From positions 64,001 through 128,000 of the forward strand of contig CAWHAE010000014.1 in the NCBI GenBank assembly GCA_963827235.1: a DNA stretch of 64,000 nucleotides, read 5' to 3'. The position numbers and the translations under genes are program-made. This stretch comes from an uncultured bacterium. GTDB lineage: Bacteria; Chloroflexota; UBA5177; JANWHV01. Under the pieces are notes generated by a model. That model was not told the DNA's origin, made no database searches, and worked only from the letters and a program-made list of their open reading frames with translations. Positions 41,126 to 50,226 of the stretch are shown here, piece by piece. Every line of letters starts with the position of its first letter. Positions within the stretch are counted from its first letter, which is position 1.

Positions 41126-41620
41126 TCACTTGCTGGACGGCAAACCGAAGTTTCTGTGCAAGGTGAGGGCGTAGCGCGTCTTCGAGGCCATGGCAATCTG
41201 CCCTACCAGGTCACCACGGGTCGTGCGCCGCACATAGAGGTATCCGAGCAAGGGCGTGCCGAGCGGACCAAGTACTTCAATGGTCATCCTGTTCAGAGCC
41301 GTCAGATGGAAGTTGTAGACGGTGACCACCGAGCTGGTTGGAAAGCCGTTTGCGTCGTAGCCATAGATGGTAGCCACACCCTGCAGGTAGCCAATGGGAT
41401 TCAGCTCAATCAGCAGCTGAAGCTGTCGCAGTCGAGCCGCGGGCGCCGCGGACTGCAGACTGTACTGCCCGGGATAGAGAACAGCCACCTGCCTGGGGAC
41501 TCGATACAACGCGGGAACGGGCGTTGTAGACGTGTTGCCCGTTGTGGCAGATGCCGTTCCGGCGCCGAACAATCCGACTGCCGCCAGCACCATAGCCAGG
41601 CTTCGAAGCAGACGTGTCAT
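41126..41620 (-). CDS. Hypothetical secreted protein
   Basis: Clear signal peptide (MTRLLRSLAMVLAAVGLFGAGTASA), beta-rich mature part, co-oriented directly upstream of the PQQ-cupredoxin gene. Confidence 0.7.
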   Translation of the reverse strand: MTRLLRSLAMVLAAVGLFGAGTASATTGNTSTTPVPALYRVPRQVAVLYPGQYSLQSAAPAARLRQLQLLIELNPIGYLQGVATIYGYDANGFPTSSVVTVYNFHLTALNRMTIEVLGPLGTPLLGYLYVRRTTRGDLVGQIAMASKTRYALTLHRNFGLPSSK

Positions 41621-42349
41621 CCGGACCGCTCGCGTCACAACACAACTCCTTCGCGCATTTGCGGTGTCGCCCTGCCTCCGATCGCTACGGCAACCGGGTC
41701 TCGCGGCGCCAGCACACGCGACACCAAACATGCTCTCTCGGAACATGATCCATTCGGGAACTCGGTACCTCGAGTCCGGCGCAGTCAGCCACGGCGGGAC
41801 CGTGACTAGTGCCAGGCCGCTACCGGCCGATGCTCAGGGCGGACTAACTGCGGTCAGTCGGCTCGGCAAGGAGTGCCTGCCAACTCGCTTCTTCAATCAA
41901 CGGATGAGCACACCAGTCTCATCGTTCCATGCCGAATCGGCGCCCGTCAGCTGAGCCATCGACCCCCCCACTCTTCGAACTCACACCACCCCAATTGCGT
42001 TACTTTCATTTTTATCACATCTATTTTGTTTTATCAATTGGTGATGGCGGAGGAATTGTTCTCAGGCGGTGACCATGTGCCGGTCGGCGATATCGTGGAT
42101 CTGGGGGTGTGGTCCCGGCATCGTCACACGCTTCGCACTTCGCGTTCTGCGGCTTCGTCGTGGCTGGAGGGCGGATATAATGGACTTCGAGTTCATGGCT
42201 CGTTGTGGGAGTCGTCGGCTTGCGAGAGGAACTGCGGTGATCGTTCGACGAATGACCGGCGGCGGCGAGATAGGCGCGAACGGGCCGTCGGTTCATGCTC
42301 CCGGCCATCCAGGCCGGCAGAGCCGGGCGGCACCGATCACGCAAGCCTC

Positions 42350-43231
42350 ATGATCGCTGAGACGGGTGAGCGCCCCGCGAGTGGCTCCCTTCCACCGGAA
42401 GATCGCCGCACCAGCGCGCTTGAGATCGTGGTACGCCCCAGCAAGGGGTTTGTGCCGCTCAATCTTCGCGAGCTGTGGAACTACCGTAACCTCCTGTACT
42501 TCCTGGCTTGGCGCGACATCAAGGTGCGCTACAAGCAGACGGTTCTCGGCGCCGCTTGGGCTGTCCTGCAGCCGGTGCTGAACATGGTCGTGTTCACCAT
42601 TATCTTCGGTAGGGTGGCCCACATCCAGACTGACGGCCCTTACCAGCTGTTCAGCTTCACGGCGCTCGTGCCCTGGACGTTCTTCGCCTATGCCATGACG
42701 CAGTCGGCCAACAGCTTGGTCAACAGCTCCTTCCTGGTCTCGAAAGTCTATCTCCCGCGCCTGATTATCCCTGTTGCCAGTGCCATGGCCGGTCTGGTCG
42801 ACTTCATACTGGCTTTCGTCGTTCTGCTCGGCATGATGGTGTACTATCGCGTCGCACCCACGCCTGCGCTGGTGATGCTTCCGGCCTTTGTGCTGCTGGC
42901 CCTGCTTGCCGCCCTCGCGGTCGGTATCGGTCTTTCGGCGGTGAATGTGCAATATCGCGATGTTCGCTACCTGGTGCCGTTTCTCAGCCAGATGTGGATG
43001 TACGCGACTCCGGTCGTCTATCCGATCAACCTGGCACATGGCACGCTGCACACGGTGCTGTCCCTCAATCCAATGACGGGCGTCGTGGAGGGTTTCCGGT
43101 GGGCGTTGTTGGGCAGGCAGGGACTGGACACGGGCGCGCTCCTCGCGTCGGCGGCGGTCACGCTGGCAGGCCTGACCCTGAGCCTGTTCTATTTTCGCCG
43201 AGTCGAGAAGCAGTTCGCGGACGTGGTGTAG
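42350..43231 (+). CDS. wzm: Polysaccharide ABC transporter permease (Wzm/TagG)
   Basis: RDIKVRYKQTVLG..WA.LQP, YATPVVYP, LNPMTG. Start uncertain. Confidence 0.92.
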   Translation: MIAETGERPASGSLPPEDRRTSALEIVVRPSKGFVPLNLRELWNYRNLLYFLAWRDIKVRYKQTVLGAAWAVLQPVLNMVVFTIIFGRVAHIQTDGPYQLFSFTALVPWTFFAYAMTQSANSLVNSSFLVSKVYLPRLIIPVASAMAGLVDFILAFVVLLGMMVYYRVAPTPALVMLPAFVLLALLAALAVGIGLSAVNVQYRDVRYLVPFLSQMWMYATPVVYPINLAHGTLHTVLSLNPMTGVVEGFRWALLGRQGLDTGALLASAAVTLAGLTLSLFYFRRVEKQFADVV

Positions 43232-43234
43232 AGT

Positions 43235-44521
43235 ATGAGCGACCGCGTCATCCGCGTGGCAGGACTGGGCAAGAAGTACCGCATGGGCGCCCGATTGCAG
43301 CCTTATCGGACTCTCCGAGACAGCTTGTCCGGTGCAGTGCTGATGCCGTGGAAGATGGCGTCTCACGCCCTTACTGGTCGGCCACTCCGCACTCCACGGC
43401 CGGAGTTTTGGGCCCTGCGCGACGTCGACTTCGAGGTGTGCCGTGGTGAGACACTCGGCATTATAGGCAGGAACGGCGCGGGCAAGAGCACCCTGCTGAA
43501 GCTGCTGAGCCGCATCACCGAGCCGACCGAAGGGGAAATCCGCATCAGAGGGCGCATTGCCTCCTTGCTCGAGGTGGGAACCGGTTTTCATCCCGAGCTG
43601 TCGGGCCGGGAGAACGTCTTTCTCAACGGTGCGATTCTCGGCATGTCCAGGTCGGAGATCGCACGCAAGTTCGACGAGATCGTAGCTTTCGCGGAGGTCG
43701 AAGACTTTATCGACACGCAGGTCAAACACTATTCCAGCGGCATGTACATGCGCCTGGCCTTTTCGGTGGCAGCGCATCTCGAGCCCGATATCTTGATCGT
43801 GGACGAGGTACTGGCCGTGGGCGACGCCGCGTTTCAACAGAAGTGTCTCGGCAAGATGGGACAGGTGAGCGCTCTGGGCAGGACCGTGCTGTTCGTCAGC
43901 CACAACATCGAGGCGGTGCGAACCCTCTGCAATTCGACCATACTTATCGAGCGGGGAAAAGTAGCCTTCAACGGCACAACCGAAGAAGCTATTCGCACGT
44001 ACGAGCTCAGTTACGAACCCAACGTGGTCCAGCAGACGACCGCCGGAGTGATCTATGAGAGCCGAGAGGAACAGAAAGACCAGGCTTGTTATGTCGAGAG
44101 GGTCGAGCTGCTCGACGGCGACGGAAACAGACTCGCAGAGGTTGGGACGTGGGATCCCGTCCGCTTCCGTATCTGGTATCGCTCGCGGACGCGCATTCCT
44201 GACTCATCGGTGGAGTTCTGGCTCAGGTCCAGGATGGGCGCCAAGCTTCTGGTCTTCTCGACCCAACCGGACTCGGACGTAGCACTCGACTTGCTACCGG
44301 GCCTGCATTATGTCGATTGCTTTGTGCCCCACATGCCATTGTCGGCCGGAGAGTATCTGTTTGGGGTAGGACTTGCGAAGCCGGGCGTGCACTTCTACTT
44401 CCAGGATGGCGAGTCCGCGGTGTTCGAGGTCAAAGGGCGCGAGGTGCTGCGCTCTGGCTCGCGTCCATCGGCCGACAAGGCGCTGGTAGTCGTTCCACAC
44501 TCGTGGTCAGTCGGCGACTGA
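43235..44521 (+). CDS. wzt: Polysaccharide ABC transporter ATPase with a C-terminal Wzt carbohydrate-binding domain
   Basis: GRNGAGKST, YSSGMYMRLAFS, DEVLAVGD, VSH, about 170-aa C-terminal extension. Confidence 0.93.
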   Translation: MSDRVIRVAGLGKKYRMGARLQPYRTLRDSLSGAVLMPWKMASHALTGRPLRTPRPEFWALRDVDFEVCRGETLGIIGRNGAGKSTLLKLLSRITEPTEGEIRIRGRIASLLEVGTGFHPELSGRENVFLNGAILGMSRSEIARKFDEIVAFAEVEDFIDTQVKHYSSGMYMRLAFSVAAHLEPDILIVDEVLAVGDAAFQQKCLGKMGQVSALGRTVLFVSHNIEAVRTLCNSTILIERGKVAFNGTTEEAIRTYELSYEPNVVQQTTAGVIYESREEQKDQACYVERVELLDGDGNRLAEVGTWDPVRFRIWYRSRTRIPDSSVEFWLRSRMGAKLLVFSTQPDSDVALDLLPGLHYVDCFVPHMPLSAGEYLFGVGLAKPGVHFYFQDGESAVFEVKGREVLRSGSRPSADKALVVVPHSWSVGD

Positions 44522-45882
44522 GCGCCTGCTCCTGCCAGCAGCCCGTCGATTTCGGACTGTACGCAACGCGCAGTGTTGATCCACGTTGGCGAGACGTAGG
44601 AGCGGGCGATCGTGTTCTCCTTTTCCTCGAGCGCACAGTGATTCTCGGCGTAGAACTGGATCCTCTCGGCCCACGCTCGCACGTCCCAGGGATCGAGGAG
44701 CTCGGCAAAACCCGCGCCTGCTTCGGGCATTGACGACCGATCGGACGCCAGCACGAACTTGCCGTCACGAAGGCTCTCCGCTATGGGCAAGCCCCAGCCT
44801 TCGTACAGCGAAGGGTACACGGTGAACAGGCAGTGCTCGTACAGCCACCGGAGCTGACCGTCACCGATCCGGTGCAACACGAAAAAGTCGCCCTTTACCC
44901 GCGGATCGGTTTCGATATCTGAGAGAACATCATCAGTGCCCCATCCAGGCGCGCCTACGAGCACGCACTTCGGCGGTATCCTGCCAAGCCGCTCTCGTAT
45001 TGTCACGTACGCCTTGTACAGCACTTCGTGGTTCTTCCGTCGCTCTATCGTCGACACATACAGCACGAACCGGTGATGAGTCAGGAAGTCAAGGTCACCA
45101 GGGTCGCTCTGCGCGTGCTGCGCATCGGCGCCCAGGTACAAGGTAACCAGACGGGGCCGCCGCAGCGCCAGGCCGGCTAGAAAGGCCTCGAAGTCGTCCC
45201 GGGTGTTTCTCGAGATGCAGAGCACCGTGTCCGCCGCTGCCGCAAGGTCCGCTAGATGGTCTCTGAATCGCGTCGTCGCGTCTGCCATGCACAGATGCGG
45301 GAGGAGCAGCGGAATGAGATCGTGGCAGCAGAGCATAGTCCGGATCCCTCGGTTCCTGAGACCCTCGATATGCAGCACTTTGGTGGGCGGCACCCACTCG
45401 CCTCCAACCGAGGCGTAGATGTCTCCGTCTTGGAATCGGATCACTCGGGAGTCGTGGACGAAAGTCGCCTCGGGAGCGGCATTATCTACGCGCCGTCTTG
45501 CCCGGGCGACGATTGACAGGGCTGGGAAGACTGTGCGTTTCGCTGCCCACACGCTCAGCTTCAGGGTGGATCGCAGTGGCGCCGGTGCGCCCCGCAATGC
45601 ACCGCCGTATAGAGCTATCGCCCGGCCTCGCAACGATTGGTCGTTTCGCCCCGGCTCCGGCACCTTCAACACAGTCTCGCCGCTGCGCAGTGCGCGCACT
45701 CGCTCGGTAAACACATCTCGTTCGATGTGTACGAAGTCACCGGCACTCTCATCGTATACGCACAGACCCAACTCATCGCCGTGCATATCGAGCAACCGGA
45801 CACCGATCTCCGTCTGCATGCGGACAATTCCGCTTGGTGGCACAAACCAGGCCATGGTGTTCGACACATCGAACCAGATCAA
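44395..45882 (-). CDS. Glycosyltransferase family 4 (paralog 3)
   Basis: IWFDV start, HDLIP, VSTIERRKNH, PSLYEGWGLPIAES. Confidence 0.9.
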   Translation of the reverse strand: MIWFDVSNTMAWFVPPSGIVRMQTEIGVRLLDMHGDELGLCVYDESAGDFVHIERDVFTERVRALRSGETVLKVPEPGRNDQSLRGRAIALYGGALRGAPAPLRSTLKLSVWAAKRTVFPALSIVARARRRVDNAAPEATFVHDSRVIRFQDGDIYASVGGEWVPPTKVLHIEGLRNRGIRTMLCCHDLIPLLLPHLCMADATTRFRDHLADLAAAADTVLCISRNTRDDFEAFLAGLALRRPRLVTLYLGADAQHAQSDPGDLDFLTHHRFVLYVSTIERRKNHEVLYKAYVTIRERLGRIPPKCVLVGAPGWGTDDVLSDIETDPRVKGDFFVLHRIGDGQLRWLYEHCLFTVYPSLYEGWGLPIAESLRDGKFVLASDRSSMPEAGAGFAELLDPWDVRAWAERIQFYAENHCALEEKENTIARSYVSPTWINTARCVQSEIDGLLAGAGAQSPTDHECGTTTSALSADGREPERSTSRPLTSNTADSPSWK

Positions 45883-45941
45883 GGCGGACTCCCTACCAGA
45901 TCGATGTCGCGCTCAGTAGGCCGTTCCTACCTCACGCGACA

Positions 45942-47282
45942 TCATGAGATCACCCGCATTCCACCGGGCACTCGTTGCTCGATGTGCTCCACCAGGCTCG
46001 CGGCCGAGTCATCCCAAGTCGGAGCGGCGAAACCATCTCGAATCCGGGCCTCACGTTCCAGGAGTGCGACGCGGTTGCCCGAGTAGAACATCATCTGCTC
46101 GGACCATGCCGATACGTCCCACGGATCCAGGTACTCTACGAGATCTCCGCCCACTTCCCGGATCGACGACGTGTCGGCAGCGAGCACGAGCTTGCCATGT
46201 GAAAGACTTTCGACGATCGGCAATCCCCACCCTTCGTAGAGCGATGGAAACACGGTGAACAGGCAGTTGTCATACAGCCAGCGGACTTCGCCGTCGCTCG
46301 CACCCGTGAGAATCAGAAAATTGCCCTTCACACGCGGATCGAGGGTGATGTCGGAGACAATCTCCGCCGCGGTACGGCTGGGCATGCCAACCAGGACGCA
46401 CTGCGGCGGATCTGTCCGGTGCTTTTCGTGTAGAGATACATACGCCTTGTACAGGACTTCATGGTTCTTCCGCCTGTCGAGCGTCGCTACGTAAAGTATG
46501 AATCGAGGCGCGACCGACGGCACCGGCACGGGCTGCGCCAGCGTGTAGTCGCTGCCCAAACGAAGCAGGCCGGCGCGAGCCGGCGGAGTGCCCTGTGCCC
46601 TGGCGAACTCGGTCAAGTCACGCATCGTGCAGTGCGAGATGCACAAGACGGAGTCGGCCGCCCGCAACATGCCGCGAACGTACTCCGTAAATCGCGCAGT
46701 CTCCTCTGGGCCGTAGAGCTGAGGAAACAGGTACGGGATCAGGTCGTAGCACAGTAGCACGGTCCGCACGCCGTTGGCGCGCAGCGCGCCGATCTGATCC
46801 ATTTTGCCGGGAGACTTCCAATCACCTCCGAGAGAAACGTACACGTCACCGGCTGCGAACGGTGCCAGAACCGCGGCGCCGCCTTCAACGCCGGCGTGGC
46901 TCGAGGTAATTACCCCTCTTCGCCCGTCGGACGATACCTTGATCGAAGCAGCAGACCGCTTGGCTAGCCGCACCAGCAGTCTCAAAGGCTCGCGCAGTGC
47001 GAACGGTCCATGATTGAGCACAAATCCGTAGACCGATTGCAGCCTGTGAAAGGTTGTCCGGGGCGGGTGCGCGCGCGAGGTCTCGCTCTGGTGCAGCAAG
47101 GCGACCTTTGCCTCGAATGCGTCGACCTGTACGGATCTGAATGACCGATCGATGTACCTGCAGAACCGCACTCCGGCGCCGGGACCTGCGCCCAATCGCC
47201 TGCCGATCTCAACTTGCGCCCGGATTATCCCTACAGGGGGTCGCCACCACTCAAGTACGTCGGTAACGTCAAACCAGATCAA
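45942..47282 (-). CDS. Glycosyltransferase family 4 (paralog 2)
   Basis: IWFDV start (TTG), YDLIP, TLDRRKNH, PSLYEGWGLPIVES. Confidence 0.9.
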   Translation of the reverse strand: MIWFDVTDVLEWWRPPVGIIRAQVEIGRRLGAGPGAGVRFCRYIDRSFRSVQVDAFEAKVALLHQSETSRAHPPRTTFHRLQSVYGFVLNHGPFALREPLRLLVRLAKRSAASIKVSSDGRRGVITSSHAGVEGGAAVLAPFAAGDVYVSLGGDWKSPGKMDQIGALRANGVRTVLLCYDLIPYLFPQLYGPEETARFTEYVRGMLRAADSVLCISHCTMRDLTEFARAQGTPPARAGLLRLGSDYTLAQPVPVPSVAPRFILYVATLDRRKNHEVLYKAYVSLHEKHRTDPPQCVLVGMPSRTAAEIVSDITLDPRVKGNFLILTGASDGEVRWLYDNCLFTVFPSLYEGWGLPIVESLSHGKLVLAADTSSIREVGGDLVEYLDPWDVSAWSEQMMFYSGNRVALLEREARIRDGFAAPTWDDSAASLVEHIEQRVPGGMRVIS

Positions 47283-47414
47283 ACGTGCACCCTTGTCACG
47301 ATTTGCCGGGTGTGCTCCGCCAGAACTGCTCGATCGCGGCCCGCGCCGGCCGCATGACACTGCGCAGCCTCGGCGAAGGGCTCGGCGAGAGCCAACACCT
47401 GACTTTCGACAGCA

Positions 47415-48728
47415 TTATACTTGCTGACCACCTGTGGGGTCTCCTTCGATCGCCTCACGAACGGCCTCCAGGCTTTCCTTCCAGGTAGGCGGATGGTACT
47501 CGAGACGTATGCGCTCCTCGCGTGCCTGAAGCAGCGCACGGTCCTCCGCGTAGGTAACGATGCGCTCGGCCCAACTGTTCACGTCCCATGGCTCCAGGTA
47601 TTCGACGAGCGGGCCGCCCGCCTCCGGAATGGACGATCGGCCGGTGGCAAGCACGAACTTGCCGTTCTTCAGACTCTCGGCAACCGGCAGTCCCCAGCCC
47701 TCGTAAAGTGACGGGAAAACCGTAAACAGACAGTTCTCGTAGAGCCACTGCAGCTCTCCATCGCTGACTCGGTTCAGTACCAGGAAGTCACCGCTGACCC
47801 TCGGGTCCTGCGAAAGGTCCGCGATCAAATTCTCGACCCCCCAGCCCGTTGCGCCGACCAGCACGCAGAGCGGGGGCCGCCTGCGGAGCTTGCTATGGAT
47901 CGTCACGTACGCCTTGTAGAGCGTCTCGTGATTCTTCCGGCGCTCCAGGGTCGAGACGTAGAGGATGAAGTCTCGAGAAAGCTGTTCGCGCAAGCGTCCC
48001 GGCGTGCTCACGAACGACCTGCCGTCGGCACCCAGGTAGAACGTCCTCAGCTGTGGATGCGAGGCACCGGACCTGGCGAAATAGGCTTCCAGATCCCTGC
48101 GGGTGCTCTCGGAGATGCACATAATGCTGTCGGCAGCGCGGCCGAGCTGGCTCAAGTACGCGGGGAACAGCTTAGCAGTCTGCTCGTACGAAAGGTGCGG
48201 GAACAGGTAGGGGATGAGGTCGTAGCAGCAGAGGATAGTACGAACGCCGCGAGAACGAAGCTCCGCGATGCGACCGACCTTGTCCTCAGGCACCCAGTCG
48301 GCCCCGAAGGAGATGTACGTGTCGCCGCTCGACATTCGGCATTCCGCACTCCTGCCGCCGGCTCCTCTGCCTCTCGTGGCGCTGTCGATCGGCATGTGCA
48401 GGCGCGACGCGGTCCGCACGAGGAACCTGAGCACCGGTCGCGCCACGCCGGGTCCGTACCGGATCGCCGAGGCGTAGAACCTGTGGAGCAGGCCGCGCGG
48501 AGAAGCATTGGCGTCGTCGGGTGTGTCGGAATGCGGACTCTCGAGCATTCGCACGTGCGCTTCGAATGTCACGCGAGGAACGGGCACAAACTGGCCACTG
48601 CGAAAAATGCATAGCCGAGCTGCCGGCACGAGAGAGAAGAGCTGGCGGGAGATCTCGATCTGCGTCCTGACCATGCCCGAGGGAGGTCGACGCCAGCGCA
48701 TGACGGCGGTGACGTCAAACCAGATCAC
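47415..48728 (-). CDS. Glycosyltransferase family 4 (paralog 1)
   Basis: IWFDV start (GTG), YDLIP, STLERRKNH, PSLYEGWGLPVAES. Confidence 0.9.
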   Translation of the reverse strand: MIWFDVTAVMRWRRPPSGMVRTQIEISRQLFSLVPAARLCIFRSGQFVPVPRVTFEAHVRMLESPHSDTPDDANASPRGLLHRFYASAIRYGPGVARPVLRFLVRTASRLHMPIDSATRGRGAGGRSAECRMSSGDTYISFGADWVPEDKVGRIAELRSRGVRTILCCYDLIPYLFPHLSYEQTAKLFPAYLSQLGRAADSIMCISESTRRDLEAYFARSGASHPQLRTFYLGADGRSFVSTPGRLREQLSRDFILYVSTLERRKNHETLYKAYVTIHSKLRRRPPLCVLVGATGWGVENLIADLSQDPRVSGDFLVLNRVSDGELQWLYENCLFTVFPSLYEGWGLPVAESLKNGKFVLATGRSSIPEAGGPLVEYLEPWDVNSWAERIVTYAEDRALLQAREERIRLEYHPPTWKESLEAVREAIEGDPTGGQQV

Positions 48729-48911
48729 AGTTCTCTCCCAGCTTTGATAGACGCAGTCAAGCGGGCGCAGGCCTCCAACGACCGCGGCGACCGAGCGGTT
48801 CCTCGAGCCATTATAGCTGTGGGCGCATGCCCGGGGTATCATGTTCGCTGACACGCCGCCCTTGCAGCCGGGCAGCGGCTCTGCCGGTGAAATCGCTTAA
48901 TTGGAGGCGAC

Positions 48912-50054
48912 ATGCGGATCGCGATCGATCTCACGCCGACGGTGCAGAGCCACGCCGGGTTGGGTCGCTATGCCGGTGAGCTTGCGCGCGCGCTGCAGTC
49001 GTCGGCACCGGCGGACGAGCGCTACTCGATCTTCTACGACGATCCCTCCGGCCGACTGCCGCCCTCCCCTCTGGATGAGCTGCCAAGGCAGGCTTTGGCC
49101 ATGAACAATAAGCTGTGGCGGGCGACCGTGGCGACCGCCTACGCCGCTCGACTGGGCCAGGATCGCCTGATTGGCTCCCCAGATGTATTCCTGGCCACGG
49201 ACCACCTTCTACCCCGTCTCGCAAAGGCCTCGTCGGTGTTCCTGCTGGCGGACGTGACCTTTCTCACGCATCCGGAGATGCACTCGGTCATGAATCGCGG
49301 CTACCTGCGCATCATGATGCCCCATTTCCTCCGTGCCGCCGATCGAGTCATCACGATTTCCAGCTGTAGCCTCGAGCGAGCGGTTGCCTACTACCCGTTG
49401 GTCAAGCGCAAGATACACGTCGTGTATCCCGGCGTGCCGAGCTGGGCCGCGCCGGTCGACGATGGTGCCGCGCTGCGCGCCGTGCGCGAGCGCCTCGCGC
49501 TTCCCGCGCGGTTTCTGCTGTACGTGGGCATGATCGAGCCGAGAAAGAACCTGGCCACCCTGGTGGATGCATTTGCGCGGGCACATCTGGGCGGCGTGGG
49601 ACTGGTGATCGCGGGCAGGACTGGCTGGATGTCGAGCGCTATCTTCGAACAGGTGCGAAGGCTTGCTCTAGAGCACCTGGTGACGTTCGCCGGCTTCGTG
49701 CCCGACGAGGATCTGCCGGCGCTCTATTCTGCTGCCGAGGCCTTTGTATTTCCTTCCGTCTATGAGGGCTTCGGCCTTCCGGTGCTCGAAGCGATGGCGT
49801 GCGGTGCGCCCGTGATCTGCTCGAACGCGTCCAGTCTCCCGGAGGTGGCCGGTGATGCGGCGGTTCTGCTCCCTCCACGGGACGCGGACAGCTGGGCGCG
49901 CGCTATGGTCGAGATCGTGGGCAATCCAGGACTCAAGCGAGATCTCGGCGAGCGCGGTCTTCGGCGCTCCGCTCGATTCACGTGGCGCGCAGCCGCCGAT
50001 CAGACGCGCCGGCTGCTGCGGGAAGTGGCGGACCGGCGAGTGCCGGTCAACTGA
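48912..50054 (+). CDS. Glycosyltransferase family 4 (mannosyltransferase-like)
   Basis: GGAGG RBS, GLGRY, EPRKN, PSVYEGFGLPVLEAMACG. Confidence 0.92.
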   Translation: MRIAIDLTPTVQSHAGLGRYAGELARALQSSAPADERYSIFYDDPSGRLPPSPLDELPRQALAMNNKLWRATVATAYAARLGQDRLIGSPDVFLATDHLLPRLAKASSVFLLADVTFLTHPEMHSVMNRGYLRIMMPHFLRAADRVITISSCSLERAVAYYPLVKRKIHVVYPGVPSWAAPVDDGAALRAVRERLALPARFLLYVGMIEPRKNLATLVDAFARAHLGGVGLVIAGRTGWMSSAIFEQVRRLALEHLVTFAGFVPDEDLPALYSAAEAFVFPSVYEGFGLPVLEAMACGAPVICSNASSLPEVAGDAAVLLPPRDADSWARAMVEIVGNPGLKRDLGERGLRRSARFTWRAAADQTRRLLREVADRRVPVN

Positions 50055-50226
50055 CCGGCGTCTAGCCTCGGCTACGCCGGATCTTCCTACCGCGCCCGGT
50101 GCCGGTAGGGTCCCGGAGACCGGGAGTTTACTTGGCCGCCTCCTCCCAGGTGATTGCGAGCGCCCGCATACCCTGCTACGGTGTGCAGCGTAGAGACCAT
50201 GCGGAGGGCTGAATACTCATGACCCC

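Noticed and set aside
41873-42349. Long N-terminal extension of the Wzm ORF; likewise 60732-61019 for hppA
   Set aside because: The sequence is not protein-like and crosses the AT-rich regulatory patch; downstream starts fit family lengths.
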